Of a DNA stretch of 64,000 nt, positions 48,475 through 59,486 are shown piece by piece. This DNA comes from an uncultured Chloroflexia bacterium. GTDB taxonomy: Bacteria > Chloroflexota > Anaerolineae > Anaerolineales > E44-bin32. The notes below the pieces were generated by a model. The model was not told the origin of the DNA and searched no databases. It saw only the letters and a list, made by a program, of their open reading frames with translations. The position numbers were made by a program, and so were the translations under genes. Position 1 is the first letter of the stretch. Each line of letters begins with the position of its first letter. The stretch lies in assembly GCA_963818575.1 (NCBI GenBank), contig CAWFSV010000014.1:108212-172211 (forward strand), in the 5' to 3' direction.

Positions 48475-49549
48475 CTACGCGGGAGCGCCGGTAGATCGCT
48501 GCGCGTCGCGCAGCACACGCCATTCGCCCAGGTCGGCCGGCGGCGTAGACCCTCTCGTCGACCGCACGGCGCTCGAGGTGCAGCGCTTCGGTGGAGCAGG
48601 CTGCGGCGCACAGGCCGCAGCCCATGCAGCGTGCCTCATCCACCACCCCCAGAAGCTCCGGCACCGACAGGGCGTGGAACGGGCAGCGTTCGACGCATTC
48701 CCCGCAGCCGGTGCAGCGTGTGCCATCGACGAAGGTGAGGAAGTCGGACCGGGCGACGGCCGTCGGGATGCCGAACTCGGCGATGCCGCGCATGATCCCG
48801 CAGCAGCACGTGCAGCAGTTGCAGATGTATTCGATGCCGTCGCGGTAGTTGCCGGTGGAATGGATCAGGCCGGCGTCTTCGGTCTGGCGCAGGATCGCGT
48901 GCGCCTCTTCGCGGGTGATGGCGCGATCCATCGGGCTGCGGTCAAAGGCGCCCTCGATCGACGAGAAGACCATGCAGGCTTCCAGCGGGCGATCGCAGCC
49001 CTTGCCGATCAGGTGCTGCTGGGTGCGGCAGATGCAGTTGCGCACTCCCCAGGCGCGTGCGCCGTTGATCAGTTCGCTGGCGCGTTCGTACGGGAAGACC
49101 TCGATCTCGACCGGCACGGCCTCGCCGACCGGGATGACCCGGTGCACGGACGGCTGGGCGCGCATCATCGCGCCGTGCAACTCCTGGTAGTACTGCTCGA
49201 ACATCGTCGCCAATTCGGCATCCAGGCGCGGGAGCTGCGCCTCGTAGAAGCCGACGATGAAGGGCATCAGCGAGAAGGCCAGCTGCCCTCCCTTGCGCTC
49301 GAAGCCGATCAGGCCCTTCATCGCCATGGCCTTGAGGGCCTTGCGCGTCTCGACCGGATCGAGGCCAAGACGAGCGGCGATCTCGGCCGGTGGCTCGGCG
49401 TCGAGGCGCATGGCGCACGCCAGGCGCGCTTCGTCGGGGCTGAACAGCTTTTCGAGCAGTCGCAGCTCGATGCCGCTCTGCGTGGCCGGGTAACCGTTGG
49501 GGATGGCGTCCAGGTGTTGGGCGAGTTGGCGGAAGATTGGATCGGTCAT
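48475..49549 (-). CDS. 4Fe-4S dicluster-domain protein with N-terminal winged-helix-like region (1 frame interruption near the 3' end)
   Basis: MTDPIFRQLAQHLD...CNCCTCCCG...CTGCGECVERCP...CMGCGLCAAAC, inside ORF 48422..49624. Confidence 0.7.
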
Positions 49550-49857
49550 CGTGTTCCCCCACCGCTGCGCCTGGCGATCGGGCGCCAGCCGCGCGGCTTG
49601 AGTATAGGGCATCCGGGCGAGCAAGGGGCGCGGCAGATTGCGCGGACGAGGGCGGGGGTTGCGTTCAGAGAGATCGCTTCGTCGGTCTGCGGCCCCCTCG
49701 CGCCAAGCCAGGGAGAGATCTCGCGGCGGCTGGGTGCCACCCCGTGTGTTCGAGATTGCCGCGGCGGGTGCGCCCGCCGCGCAATGACCCCACCCAGAGA
49801 GGCGGTCGCCCCGCGCGGGGATGCCGTCGCACCGAGGGAAGACGGCCAGATGTTGGC

Positions 49858-51176
49858 TTACTCGCCGAAGAAGCTCGAAGGCCGGACCGTGTTCCGCGCC
49901 CAGAAGCCTGTGATCACGTCGAGCAGGTCATTGTCCACCGGCGCAGCGTTGTCCGGGTCCGGGCCATACAGGTAGTTCATGCCGTTGACGCTGCTCGTCC
50001 ACGGCTCCCACGCCGGGTCCCAGGCCCACAGGCTGTGGTTCATGCCGAGGTCTTCGAACACCTCGATCTGGTCGGCCATGAACTCGGCTGCATCCGGCAC
50101 CCAGCGCTCGACGCCGAATTCGTTCACCGACACCGGCACGCCATGCTTGCGCTGAAAGTCCCCCACGACGGACAGCTGATCCTCCAGCCACGCCCGATCG
50201 AATGGATCGGCGACGCCGTCGCCGTCCAGGTCGAATTCGCCGGGGTAGCCGTTCTCGCCCGACGCCTCCTGGTGGGTGTAGGTGTCCTGCGGCTCGTACT
50301 GGTGCACCATGTAGACGATGCGCGGATCGTCCACCGGTTCGAGCGCCGGCAGCCAGCGCACCGTCTCCCATCCTTGTGTGCCGACCAGGATCGGCGTTTC
50401 CTCATCCACCTGCCGGATGCCATCGACGATCCGCGGGTAGAACTGGTTCCAGTCCAGCAGGCTGCCGGCGTGTTCGGGGTAGAACAGCTCCGGGTCGTAC
50501 ACGTCGAGGAAGATGCCCTCCCCGTTCGGCTCGCACATCAGGTCGTAGCCAACCACTACCGGTTCGTCGCGGTAGCGCTCGGCGGTGTAGCGCCACATTT
50601 CAACCCAGGCGTCCTGCGCCGCGGCGTCGGTCCACACCGACTCGATCAGCAGCTCGGCATCGAACCAGTCGCCGGCGCCGTCGCGGTAGAAGGTGAAGTC
50701 GCTGCGCCCGGGCCCGGTGCGGAAGGTGATGACGACGAACAGATCGGCCTGCGGCTGCCATCTCGATCAGGTGGTCGAGGTTCGCCTGCACGCTCTCGTC
50801 GAGCACATACGGCGGCCGCTCGGTGAAGAGGCCGGGATGCGACAGGTCGACGACGTTGGCGCCCAGGTCCGCCAGCGCGTCGAGATCCGACTGCGTGATC
50901 GGCGGACCGACGTACTCGATCCCCGAGGAACTCGGGACCGTCAAGTTCCGGGACGACGATGCGCTGCCAGATGTTGGCGCCGCGCAGCTGTGTGCCGTTG
51001 GACCACAGCGACCACTTGTCGAGAGCTGGTGCCGCAGGCGAGTTGGCCGGCGCCTGAACTGGCGCGGCTGGAGGAGCGTCGGTCTCGCCTGGCTCAACAA
51101 GCGCGGCGGGAAGGCCGCAGGCCGAGACGATCAGAAACGGCACGAGCAGGGCGACCGGAAGAAAGAGGCGTTTCAT
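49858..51176 (-). CDS. glycoside hydrolase family 5 lipoprotein (2-3 frame changes)
   Basis: Lipobox LIVSAC in ORF 50646..51176; catalytic-type motifs LMCEPNG and VNEFG in ORF 49858..50637. Confidence 0.7.
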
Positions 51177-53554
51177 GGCAGGATCTCGGGCGAACGAGCA
51201 CAGGCATTGGGGTAGACGGTGATCGTGTACTGAAGGCGGGACTTGCCCGAGTCCATTTCATCGTCATCCACAAACGTTCGTCCGCATCCGAAGTAGTCAA
51301 TGGCTGACTGAAAGTTGTCGGCCGCGTACTCCGTTCCGTACTTGGCAATCCAATCGTCGTTGCTCGAGTCATCGTGATCGTAGAAGTTGGCCCCGACCAG
51401 TATGATGAGCGGTTGATCCAACCGTTCCAGCTCGCCAAACAGGAGGATTTCACTGAAGGGCAGATCGCCCGTTGTCTTAACCCCCGATACCAGCGCGGGA
51501 TTGACTTCGTCGAACAGGTGAAGGGAATTGTGAATCCCGCAACTCAACGGGCGATAGAAACCGCCACCATAGAACTTGCGCGTCTGGTACAGGTATGATC
51601 CCGATGTTGCCGGGCCCCTTTCATCCACGTGAATCGCATAATAAGCGTCCATCGTGTCGCAATCGCCGGGGCTACCCGACCCATAGCCATCATGAGTCCA
51701 CTCAAGGTCAAGGGACTCGAACTTGACTTTGACGTAGATGGTGCAGATCCCTCGAAGTAGTCCTGTGAGGGGGGTGCAGGGAGTATGAACGGTTGGCTCA
51801 AGTGGGACATGGCGGATGCGGTTACGGCAGCCACCTGCCAGCTGCGATTTGGCGCCACAAGCTGATGTCGGCGGCTGTACGATGACAGTTCGCATGGGAG
51901 GGTATGGAAACGTGCCCGTACGGAAGCCCATCAACGAAGACGGCGAAGCCCCTGATCTTCGTCTCGTCACCGTCCCACTTCCAGATCGAGCGACTGACAA
52001 CTCGGATTGCACTTCGCTGTCAAGAGCGGGTAGTTGGTAGCTTGGGACCATCGTGGAGAATCACGGGGACCGGCAGCGTAGGATCGGTCGGAAGCGTGTC
52101 TTCCAGGAACGCGTGGGATGACCCAGGCGGCAAGTCCGGACTTCGCTCGGCGAAGGTCATCTTCGTTCCCGCCGGGATCTGAGGGACGATGCTCAGGATG
52201 ATCTCGATGGCGCTTCCCTGCGCCAGGCGCGGCGCGCCGTCCCAGGTTTCGATCCCCTGGCGGGTCGTGAAAGTTCCCAGTTTGCCCAGGTTCTTCGCCA
52301 GCCCAGCCCCAGCATTCGCCGCTCAAGTCGAGCGCACCGTCCTGGGGAATCGGCAGGGTGAACGTGTGCGACCAGGGGGTCAGGTCGCCATGCCCGTCCT
52401 GGACGGCGATGAAGTCGCCCTCCTGGGCGGGCAGACGTGCTTCCGGCGCATCCTCAAACGAAACGTAACAGTAGACGCGCTCGGCGCCGGCACCGGCGGC
52501 GATGTCCAGGAGATCTACCTGCAATTGGGTGGGTGCGGCGGTCGGACAGGCGGCGTCCAGGGCCAGACGGACCGGGGAGCTGGCTTGATTCCCGATGGGG
52601 TTGACCGCTTCAACCCAGAAGAGGAGATTGCCCGGGCCGGGCGACGGAAACTCGAACCAGGCCACCCCACCCGATGACTGGTCCGAGCTTCGCCACGCGG
52701 GTGGCGGGCCCACTCGGGGCGGACATCCAGACCTCATAGCCGCTTTCGTTGCGCGGCGTTGTCCTCCCAGAGCAACTTCACCCGGCACTGGCTCACCTGC
52801 CCTTGCAGGTTGGTGGGCGCTTGAGGGGGGGTGACGCTGAGGAGGGAGAGGACACTGGATGCGGACGGCACGTCAGCGATCTTGAGCATCGGTGACGTAG
52901 CGACGAGCGCGACGCCGGGGTCAGCCATCGGTGGTGTCGGTAGAGGAGAAGGCGGTTCGTCCTCCGGCGGGATGGGAATCTTCAGGGTCGTGCCAGGAGG
53001 GGGAGCGGGATCTCAGCCCTGGATTGAGGGCCTGAAGCGTGGCGGCGTCGGTGCCATTCTCGGCAGCGAGGCTCTCCAGCGTCTCGCCCTCGTTCACGTT
53101 CACGGCATAGAAGGCCCTCGCCCCTGGCCACGCCCTCAAAGGCGCGCGGTAAGGACTGCCCGATCGTGCCCTGCGCGTCGATCGCCCGCGCCACAAGCAC
53201 GTGCGTGCCTTCGGTTAGGACGAGCAAGTCTATGGAGTCATAGGTTCGGGAGACGCCGACTCCAAGTTTCTGGGGATGGCTCTCCACGAGTGTCCCGTTT
53301 AGATACCATTCGACCAACTGCACTGGGCGTTGCGGCGAGAAGGTGATGGTGGAGACCGCGGTCAGGTAGCTGCCGACCGGAGCGCTAGATCCACTTTGGG
53401 GTTCGGTGATCCGGGTAACCGGCGGTAAGTTCTCCCAGCGGGCGAGTGCTTGCCGCTGACGCAGGAACGGCACACCGAGCAGAGTCAGGCCGATCAGGAC
53501 GCTCAGCAAGACCAACCCGATCGCCAGAAAGAAACAACTTGTTCTGGCTTTCAT
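51173..53554 (-). pseudogene. large membrane-anchored surface protein: Ig-like, LysM and FN3-like domains plus unknown C-terminal domain; at least 5 frame changes
   Basis: N-terminal anchor MKARTSCFFLAIGLVLLSVLIGL (ORF 52982..53626). LysM YAVNVNEGETLESLAAENGTDAATLQALNPGL...GTTLKIP. FN3-like APTNLQGQVSQCRVKLLWEDN. The C-terminal domain is ORF 51173..52051. Its stop overlaps the GH5 start (ATGA). Confidence 0.5.
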
Positions 53555-53695
53555 CTTCGCTTCCTTCCTGCCCTGGGCAGACCACACCAAAGACGGTGAA
53601 CCTGCGGCGGTGTTGCCGGCATCCATTCACGCGCCTGGACGAAGATCGAGAACATGCGGCCTCGCCGACGATTTGGTCCACTTGCAGCCTGCCGG

Positions 53696-55058
53696 CTACT
53701 CGATGCAGTTCTGCACGTTGACCGTCCGCGGCCCGGACTGCGCCGCGACGCCTGACGTGTCGCGTACGATCAGGTCGATCGACATCGTCCCGACTTGCGT
53801 GACCGGACCGATGGCGCCGGAGTAGCTGCCGCCGCCGGCCGCCAGGAGCGTGGTCTCACCGGACAGCGAGCCCAGCGACCACTGCGCCACGACCGAGTCG
53901 ATCCCGATGTCATCCGTGGCGACCGCGCTGAGCGTCACCGTACGTGAATACGCCGGGCACCCTGTGCCGTCGGTGAGAATCAGGCCGGGCGTGGCGGTGA
54001 AATCCTGGATCACCGGCGGCTGGTTGGCCGGCGCGGGGGTTGGCGTTGCGGTGACGACAGGCGCCACGCTGATCACCGGAACGCCGGCAAGCTCGCCTTG
54101 CACCTCGCCGCTGGCCGTCGAAACCCAACAGGTGCGCGAGCTCCCCGGAGGCAGGACGCGGAACCAGTGCCCTCGGCGTTCTTGCCGTCGATCGGCGCCT
54201 TTGCGCCGCTCTCGATCACATCCAGCGAATCGTAGGCGGTCCCCGGGCCGGTGCGGCAGTTGGTGTTCAGCCTGGCGATCCACAGCGCCTGCGTGCTCAG
54301 CGTGGCTGCCAGCTGCTGGTCTCCCTCGAAATGTCCCGGACAGCGCTGCTTCGGACCGGGCTCGTAGGGAGACGCAGCGACCTGGTTCGGTTGACCAACG
54401 AGCTTGGCGACTACGACAACCTGGTGCGGTCGATCGAGGAAATCCGGGGTTTCTTCGTCCAGCCCACAGCGTGTCCTTGACGGTCAGCGGGTACGGTGCA
54501 GTGAAGGTCAGCTTGCTTCTCCCGGTCGGCGGTGTAGGCGGAGTAGACCTCGACGCTGATCACCCCGCTGGGGCTGGTGACTTCGAAATCCACCTTGACG
54601 GTGTACTCGGGGCCGCACGTGATTCCGGTGATCACAATCGAGGGTACATTGGCGGGCGCCGGCGTGGGGGTCCCGTAGGAGAGCAGGCTGGCGTCGGCAA
54701 CGACGATCGTCACCCGCGCCGAAGTTCCGCGCCCGCCGGCGGCGTCGAGCGCCACGACCTCGAGGCTGTAGGTGCCCGGCCCCGGCGGCAGCCATTCGAA
54801 CCCGGCCTCGCCGAAGCGTTCGGCATCGACGGCGACCTCGCCGACCGGCGCGTCGTCGATCCTGAATTCGATCGACTGCAGCCCGTCGACGTCCACGGCA
54901 TGCGCCAGGAGCGTGACCGGGCCCATGGGGAAGGTCCGCCCGTCGAGCGGCTGATCGACCCAGACGCGCGGCCCGCCCGATTGTGGGGAGCATCCGGCCA
55001 GTGCCGTGCCGGTCAGCAGGGAGCACAGGAGCCGGCGAAGTGTGTGGCGGTGTTTCAT
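53696..55058 (-). CDS. lipoprotein with Ig-like and SH3b-like domains (at least 2 frame changes)
   Basis: MKHRHTLRRLLCSLLTGTALAGC lipobox, with GGAGG before ATG 55058. An Ig-like segment follows, then NCRTGPGTAYDSLDVIESG...WFRVLPPGSSRTCWV (SH3b-like). The C-terminal piece is ORF 53696..54283. Confidence 0.5.
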
Positions 55059-55111
55059 CGCGGCCTCCGTGGTGGCAGCTGGATGACAAGTCAGAGGCGC
55101 AGGGACAGGGC

Positions 55112-56592
55112 TCAAGGCAGAGCCTCCGTCCAGTCGTCGGGCAGGATGAATCTGGTACATGTCGACCAGCTCCGTGCCGGCCTCGCCCCAGTTGCTGGTG
55201 AACAGAATGCGCGTCAGGTCGCGGTTGGTGCTGGCATGCGGCTCGGCCCAGTAGTCCTTCTCGCCATACTCGACCGGCCCTTCGGCGAAGCGTGAGCGGG
55301 AGTGCGCCAGACGTACGACCCGGCCATCCGGCTTGAGCTCGATGACGAACACCTGATCGTCCATCCAGGTCGCCGCCGGTTGGGCGCCGCTGTAGGTGGA
55401 GACCACCGCCCACCCCGGCCGCTCGAACGCCCGGCCCGAGATGTGGAAGCCGAGCGGAGATTGCGAGAAGTCGATCGGCCACAGCGGCGTGACGGTGCCG
55501 GAGGCCAGGTCGACCATCGAGAGCGTATCGGTATCGAGATCCTGGAACACGGCGACTTCCCTATCTGTAACGTCGAAGGCCAGGTCCATGTGACCGCCGA
55601 TCCGGAGCAATCCGCGGCCGGTCTCGAGCCCCCGGTCGTAGATCATCACGCCGCAGGGCGCCTGATCCGTCCCCATCACGCCGCGCTCACAGTAGGAGTC
55701 GCCGAAATCGGCCAGGAAGTAGTCACCGGACGGGCTGATGGTGACGCTGTCGATCCCGGCTGCGCCGGGAACGCCGCTCAGGTCACGCTGGGCGGTGATC
55801 CGGTCCTGGTCGAGGTCATACACCAGGAAGGCGACCGTCTCCCAGTTCTGATCCTCGGCCATCAGGCCCCAGGTGCGGCCGTCGGCCGACGGGCTGCCCT
55901 CGTAGCGCATCCACACCGCGGCCAGCGACTGGCCGGGGAAGTCCGGGGCGAAGTCGTGGACGGTTTCGGCTTCGCCGGTCTGAACGTCGAGGGCGAGCAG
56001 GAGCGTGCCGTCGAACGAATACAGCCGATTGGGTCGCTGGCGTCCCAGCGCGGGTCGATCCCGAGCGACAGGGCGCCGAGCGGCTGGAGGCTGGCGGCGT
56101 CGTACAGGTACCAGGAACCGGACGTGCCGCGCACCAGGATCCGCGATTCATCGGCGTTGAACGATTGGACGCGGGCGTACTCGTTCTTGAGCCCGCCGGG
56201 CGACTCACCGTCCGGCAGGTCGGCGGCGTGATCGGTCACGCGCACCAGGCAGGTGCCGAATGCTGGATCGACGAACGGTACGCGCACCGCGGGTTGGGGC
56301 ATTCCAGGATCGGAGACGACTTCCAGGTCGGTGACCAGGTGTCCGACGGTTGCGGGGCATGGCTGCAGGCTTGCGGCAGGCGTCGGCGCGGGAGCCTGGA
56401 GCTCACCCGACGGCTCGGCGGTGGATTCCTCAACCCCATCGCCGGTCAGGTTGCACGCCAGGACCGTGCAATGCGATCAGGAGGACTGCAAGCCAGCTCG
56501 CAATTGGCGCCGGCCTTTGGCCGGCGGATGGACGGCAAGAGGGCGCGCGGCGACGGACGCAGAGTGCGGTCGGCGCGCCTCTCCGGCGGCAT
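55112..56592 (-). CDS. hypothetical lipoprotein, beta-propeller-like (at least 3 frame changes; ends approximate)
   Basis: ORFs 55862..56302 and 54411..55916 give a continuous repeat-rich sequence (…SFDGTLLLALDVQTGE…ISPSGDYFLADF…VVSTYSG…ILFTSNWG). No family recognised. Confidence 0.4.
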
Positions 56593-56639
56593 GCCTCGGC
56601 GACGGCGTGGGCGACGGAACGCGTCGTGGTTTCTCCACG

Positions 56640-57291
56640 TCAGGGGATGGCGAAGCCGTACTGGTTGTTGCCGGTGTTCGGATCCTTGTTGTCCGGGACG
56701 ATCAGCGAGCACTGTACGCCCGGGTAGTAGCAGACGGGGCTGGTGAACAGGTCGACGTTGAAGTGCCCGGTTCCGACGCCCTGGAGGATGGTCACGCTGG
56801 TGTCCACGACCGCCGGGGGGCAGACCTGGACTGGATCGGTACGATGGAAGCCGGGACCGACGCACACGACCCGGAGGGAGCCTTCGTAATCATGGGGACC
56901 GTTGTTGCGGACGTCGAGGGTCACCGTCGTGGTCGTGCCGACAGACGAGACAGGAGAGACACCGTAGAGTTCAAGATCGGATTGGGCGATTCCCGACGAG
57001 CCGCCACCGGGCGGCGGAGCAACCGTGAGTGTTATCGTCGGGGGCACGTTGGTCTTGGTCGGCAGGACCGCGACCGGCACCGTCGGTGTGACGGTGACGG
57101 TCACGGTGGCAGCGGGCTCGATCGTGACCGTGGGCGGTGGCTGGGTGGCGACGAGGACCGGTGGGAGCGTTTCCGTGGGCGTGGGTTTCAGGCTGAGAGG
57201 CAGCGTGCAGGTGCAGGCCAGGGCGGCGGCGATGGTCAGCATACCCGCACAGATGAATGCAATGCGAAGTTGATGAGGCAGGGAATCTCAT
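56640..57291 (-). CDS. secreted hypothetical protein with Pro/Thr/Val-rich linker (1 frame change near the start)
   Basis: Signal-like LRIAFICAGMLTIAAALAC, a PT-rich linker, then a beta-rich C-terminal domain (ORF 56640..57242). Confidence 0.45.
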
Positions 57292-57635
57292 GGGTACGCT
57301 CCTGTGGCAGGCTGCGGCGGTTTGGCGGGAGCGAAGTGAGCGGCGGAAGGTTGGCGAAGGGCGCGCGGCTCCGCATCCCAGGGCTCGGCGCGGGAGGTGG
57401 AATGCGGCCGTCGATCACCGGCAAGCGGATCGGCTTGGAGAAGTCGGTTGTGCCCCCCACGGTCCCACCCTTGGCGACCCCCGCGCGAGGACACGGGGGC
57501 ATCGAGCACAGGATGCGGAGTGTAGGCGAACGGGGCTCAGGACGCAACATCCCGCGAAGGGGATCGCGGGGTGCGGACGGATGGACCAAGCAGCCGCCGT
57601 CGGGTGTCACGCGTGAGGCGAGGCGCGGGCCATGT

Positions 57636-57687
57636 GCCCTTGCCCCCTCACCCCCTCTTCCCTTCCAATGCCGGGGACCTACAGCCC
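57636..57687. repeat. ~50-bp direct repeat, copy 1
   Basis: GCCCTTGCCCCCTCACCCCCTCTTCCCTTCCAATGCCGGGGACCTACAGCCC. Confidence 0.6.
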
Positions 57688-57770
57688 GCTCATGACCCGG
57701 GGAATTCGGCCGCGCACAGGTGGAACCCCACTTAACTCGGCACACGAGTGACAGGCCGCGGACGAGGCGC

Positions 57771-57819
57771 GACCCTCGCCCCCTCCCTATTCCCCTCCAA
57801 TACAGGGGACCTGCGGCCC
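57771..57819. repeat. ~50-bp direct repeat, copy 2
   Basis: GACCCTCGCCCCCTCCCTATTCCCCTCCAATACAGGGGACCTGCGGCCC. Confidence 0.6.
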
Positions 57820-57989
57820 ACAGGAGAGTGGAGACGCGCCCCCCGCCGAGGGCATGCGGCGCCCGGGAGGGCGCCGGGTGGCCGAGGCGGGCCAGCGTCT
57901 GATTCCGGTTCACAAGGAAGAGGAAGCTTGCGCGGCGAGCAGGGCGGTTCGGGCGTATAGTCGTAGGCCAAGGGCAGGAGGGCAGGCCG

Positions 57990-58898
57990 ATGCCGCGAAC
58001 CATCAAGCAGTTCCCGTATACGCCGATCCTGGGCTGGTCGGCGTCGCGCTACGACCTGTTCTCGATCTGCAAGCGCCGCTACTTCTTCCACTACTACGCC
58101 AAGTACGACAAGGAGAACCCGGTCCGGCGGCTCAATCAATTCAAGGAGCTGGTGACGCTGCCGCTCGAGACCGGCAGCATCGTACACGAGGTGATCGAGG
58201 CACTGCTCGGCCGGCTGCGATCGACGGCTGAGGCGATCGATCGGCCGCGCTTCCTGGCGTATGCCGACCAGGCGATCGCGCGCAGCCTGGACGGCAAGAC
58301 GTTCGACGAGGTGGCGTACGGTCTTCTGCCCGAGGTGAGCGCCGCCGACTTGCAGCCCAAGGTGCATGCGTGTCTGGAGAACCTGCTCGGCAGCGATCGT
58401 TTTCGCTGGCTGGTGGAGGAAGCGGCGCCGGCGTCCGGCGAGTGGATCATCGACCCGCCGGGGTACGGCGAGACACGCCTGGACGATCTGAAGATCTACG
58501 TCAAGGTCGACGTGCTGTTCCCGCTGGGCGATCTGATCCACATCCTGGACTGGAAGACCGGCAAAGCCGATCCAGCCAAGCACCGCAAGCAGCTCGTCGG
58601 CTACGCCACCTGGGCGTCAACGCATTTCGACATTCCGCCGGAACGCGTTCGCCCGACGCTGGCCTACCTGCACCCGGCGTATGAGGAAGTACACGAGTCA
58701 GTCGATGCCGCCGACCTGCAGACGTTTGCCGTCCTGATACGGGCCGAGACGCATGAGATGTATGAGTACTGCCGCGACATCGAGCAGAACATCCCGCTCG
58801 ACAAGGACGCCTTCCCCAGGGTCGACGACGAACGGGTGTGCGCCCAGTGCGCCTTCCGCGGGATCTGCTACCCGGCGCAATACCCCGTGAACCTTTGA
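57990..58898 (+). CDS. PD-(D/E)XK nuclease-superfamily protein, Cas4/AddB-like with 4-Cys cluster
   Basis: Intact 302-aa ORF. It has Cys in SICKRRYFFHY, the nuclease core VDVLFPL...ILDWKTGK, and the C-terminal CAQCAFRGIC. Confidence 0.65.
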   Translation: MPRTIKQFPYTPILGWSASRYDLFSICKRRYFFHYYAKYDKENPVRRLNQFKELVTLPLETGSIVHEVIEALLGRLRSTAEAIDRPRFLAYADQAIARSLDGKTFDEVAYGLLPEVSAADLQPKVHACLENLLGSDRFRWLVEEAAPASGEWIIDPPGYGETRLDDLKIYVKVDVLFPLGDLIHILDWKTGKADPAKHRKQLVGYATWASTHFDIPPERVRPTLAYLHPAYEEVHESVDAADLQTFAVLIRAETHEMYEYCRDIEQNIPLDKDAFPRVDDERVCAQCAFRGICYPAQYPVNL

Positions 58899-58917
58899 AG
58901 CTGCCCACCAGGACCGT

Positions 58918-58939
58918 CGCCCCGCGAGGTGCAGGGGCG
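58918..58939 (+). terminator. GC hairpin 20 nt after the nuclease stop
   Basis: CGCCCC-N10-GGGGCG. Confidence 0.35.
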
Positions 58940-59045
58940 AGAGGTCACCCAGGGCGGAGTTGGATCCGGGCGTCCTGACCAGGCGGGCGATGGCCCGGCG
59001 CCGCTCCGGAACGAGGGCGGAGCCGATGAGTCCGAGGAAGCACAT

Positions 59046-59074
59046 CAGCCGGGGGGAATGCCCACCCCCGGCTG
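59046..59074. terminator. 10-bp perfect hairpin between convergent genes (bidirectional terminator candidate)
   Basis: CAGCCGGGGG-gaatgccca-CCCCCGGCTG. Confidence 0.5.
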
Positions 59075-59099
59075 ACAGCCGGACGCAGCTCTGCCGGGC

Positions 59100-59486
59100 T
59101 TACTTCATCTTCTCGGTGAAATTCGCCACGCCAGCCATCAGCGCAGCCATGGCACGATCGAACACACCCTTGAACTGCTCGGGCGACTCGAAGAACATCT
59201 CGATGCTGCCCCACACGTTCTTGCCGTCATCGCGCACGTAGATCTTGGCGACCTTGGTCGCGGCGGTGGCGTGATTGGCGGCGGCGAACGCCTTGGCCCG
59301 TTCCTTGTCGTTGTCGATGCTCCAGAAGTTGGGGAATACGAGCTGGAAGTAGGGGAGATCGTTGTCATCGACGGTGATGACGTACGTGCGCCCTTCCTTC
59401 TTAAAGATCAACAGTCCGCCGTCCTGGTTGGGGCTGTAGCCTTCCTTCGCCAGATAGTCCTTGTACATGTCGGTCTTGCTGGTCAT
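59100..59486 (-). CDS. small cytoplasmic hypothetical protein (YbjN-like fold possible)
   Basis: GGAGG lies 6 nt before ATG 59486. MTSKTDMYKDYLAKEGYSPNQDGGLLIFKKEGRTYVITVDDNDLPYFQLVFPNFW... The listed start 59633 is too far upstream. Confidence 0.55.
   Translation of the reverse strand: MTSKTDMYKDYLAKEGYSPNQDGGLLIFKKEGRTYVITVDDNDLPYFQLVFPNFWSIDNDKERAKAFAAANHATAATKVAKIYVRDDGKNVWGSIEMFFESPEQFKGVFDRAMAALMAGVANFTEKMK

Noticed and set aside
48300-49975. Remainder of the 768-aa + ORF 47669..49975
   Set aside because: Only its first ~200 codons are hydrophobic and membrane-protein-like. The rest is the antisense of the 4Fe-4S protein gene, whose Cys motifs are on the minus strand.
51173-53554. Low-GC C-terminal domain as the variable region of a diversity-generating retroelement
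   Set aside because: There is no reverse transcriptase ORF, and I saw no template-repeat copy of the 3' end elsewhere in the window.
57990-58898. PD-(D/E)XK nuclease as a CRISPR-associated Cas4
   Set aside because: There is no array and no cas1, cas2 or effector genes anywhere in the 64 kb. It is called only as a Cas4/AddB-like nuclease.
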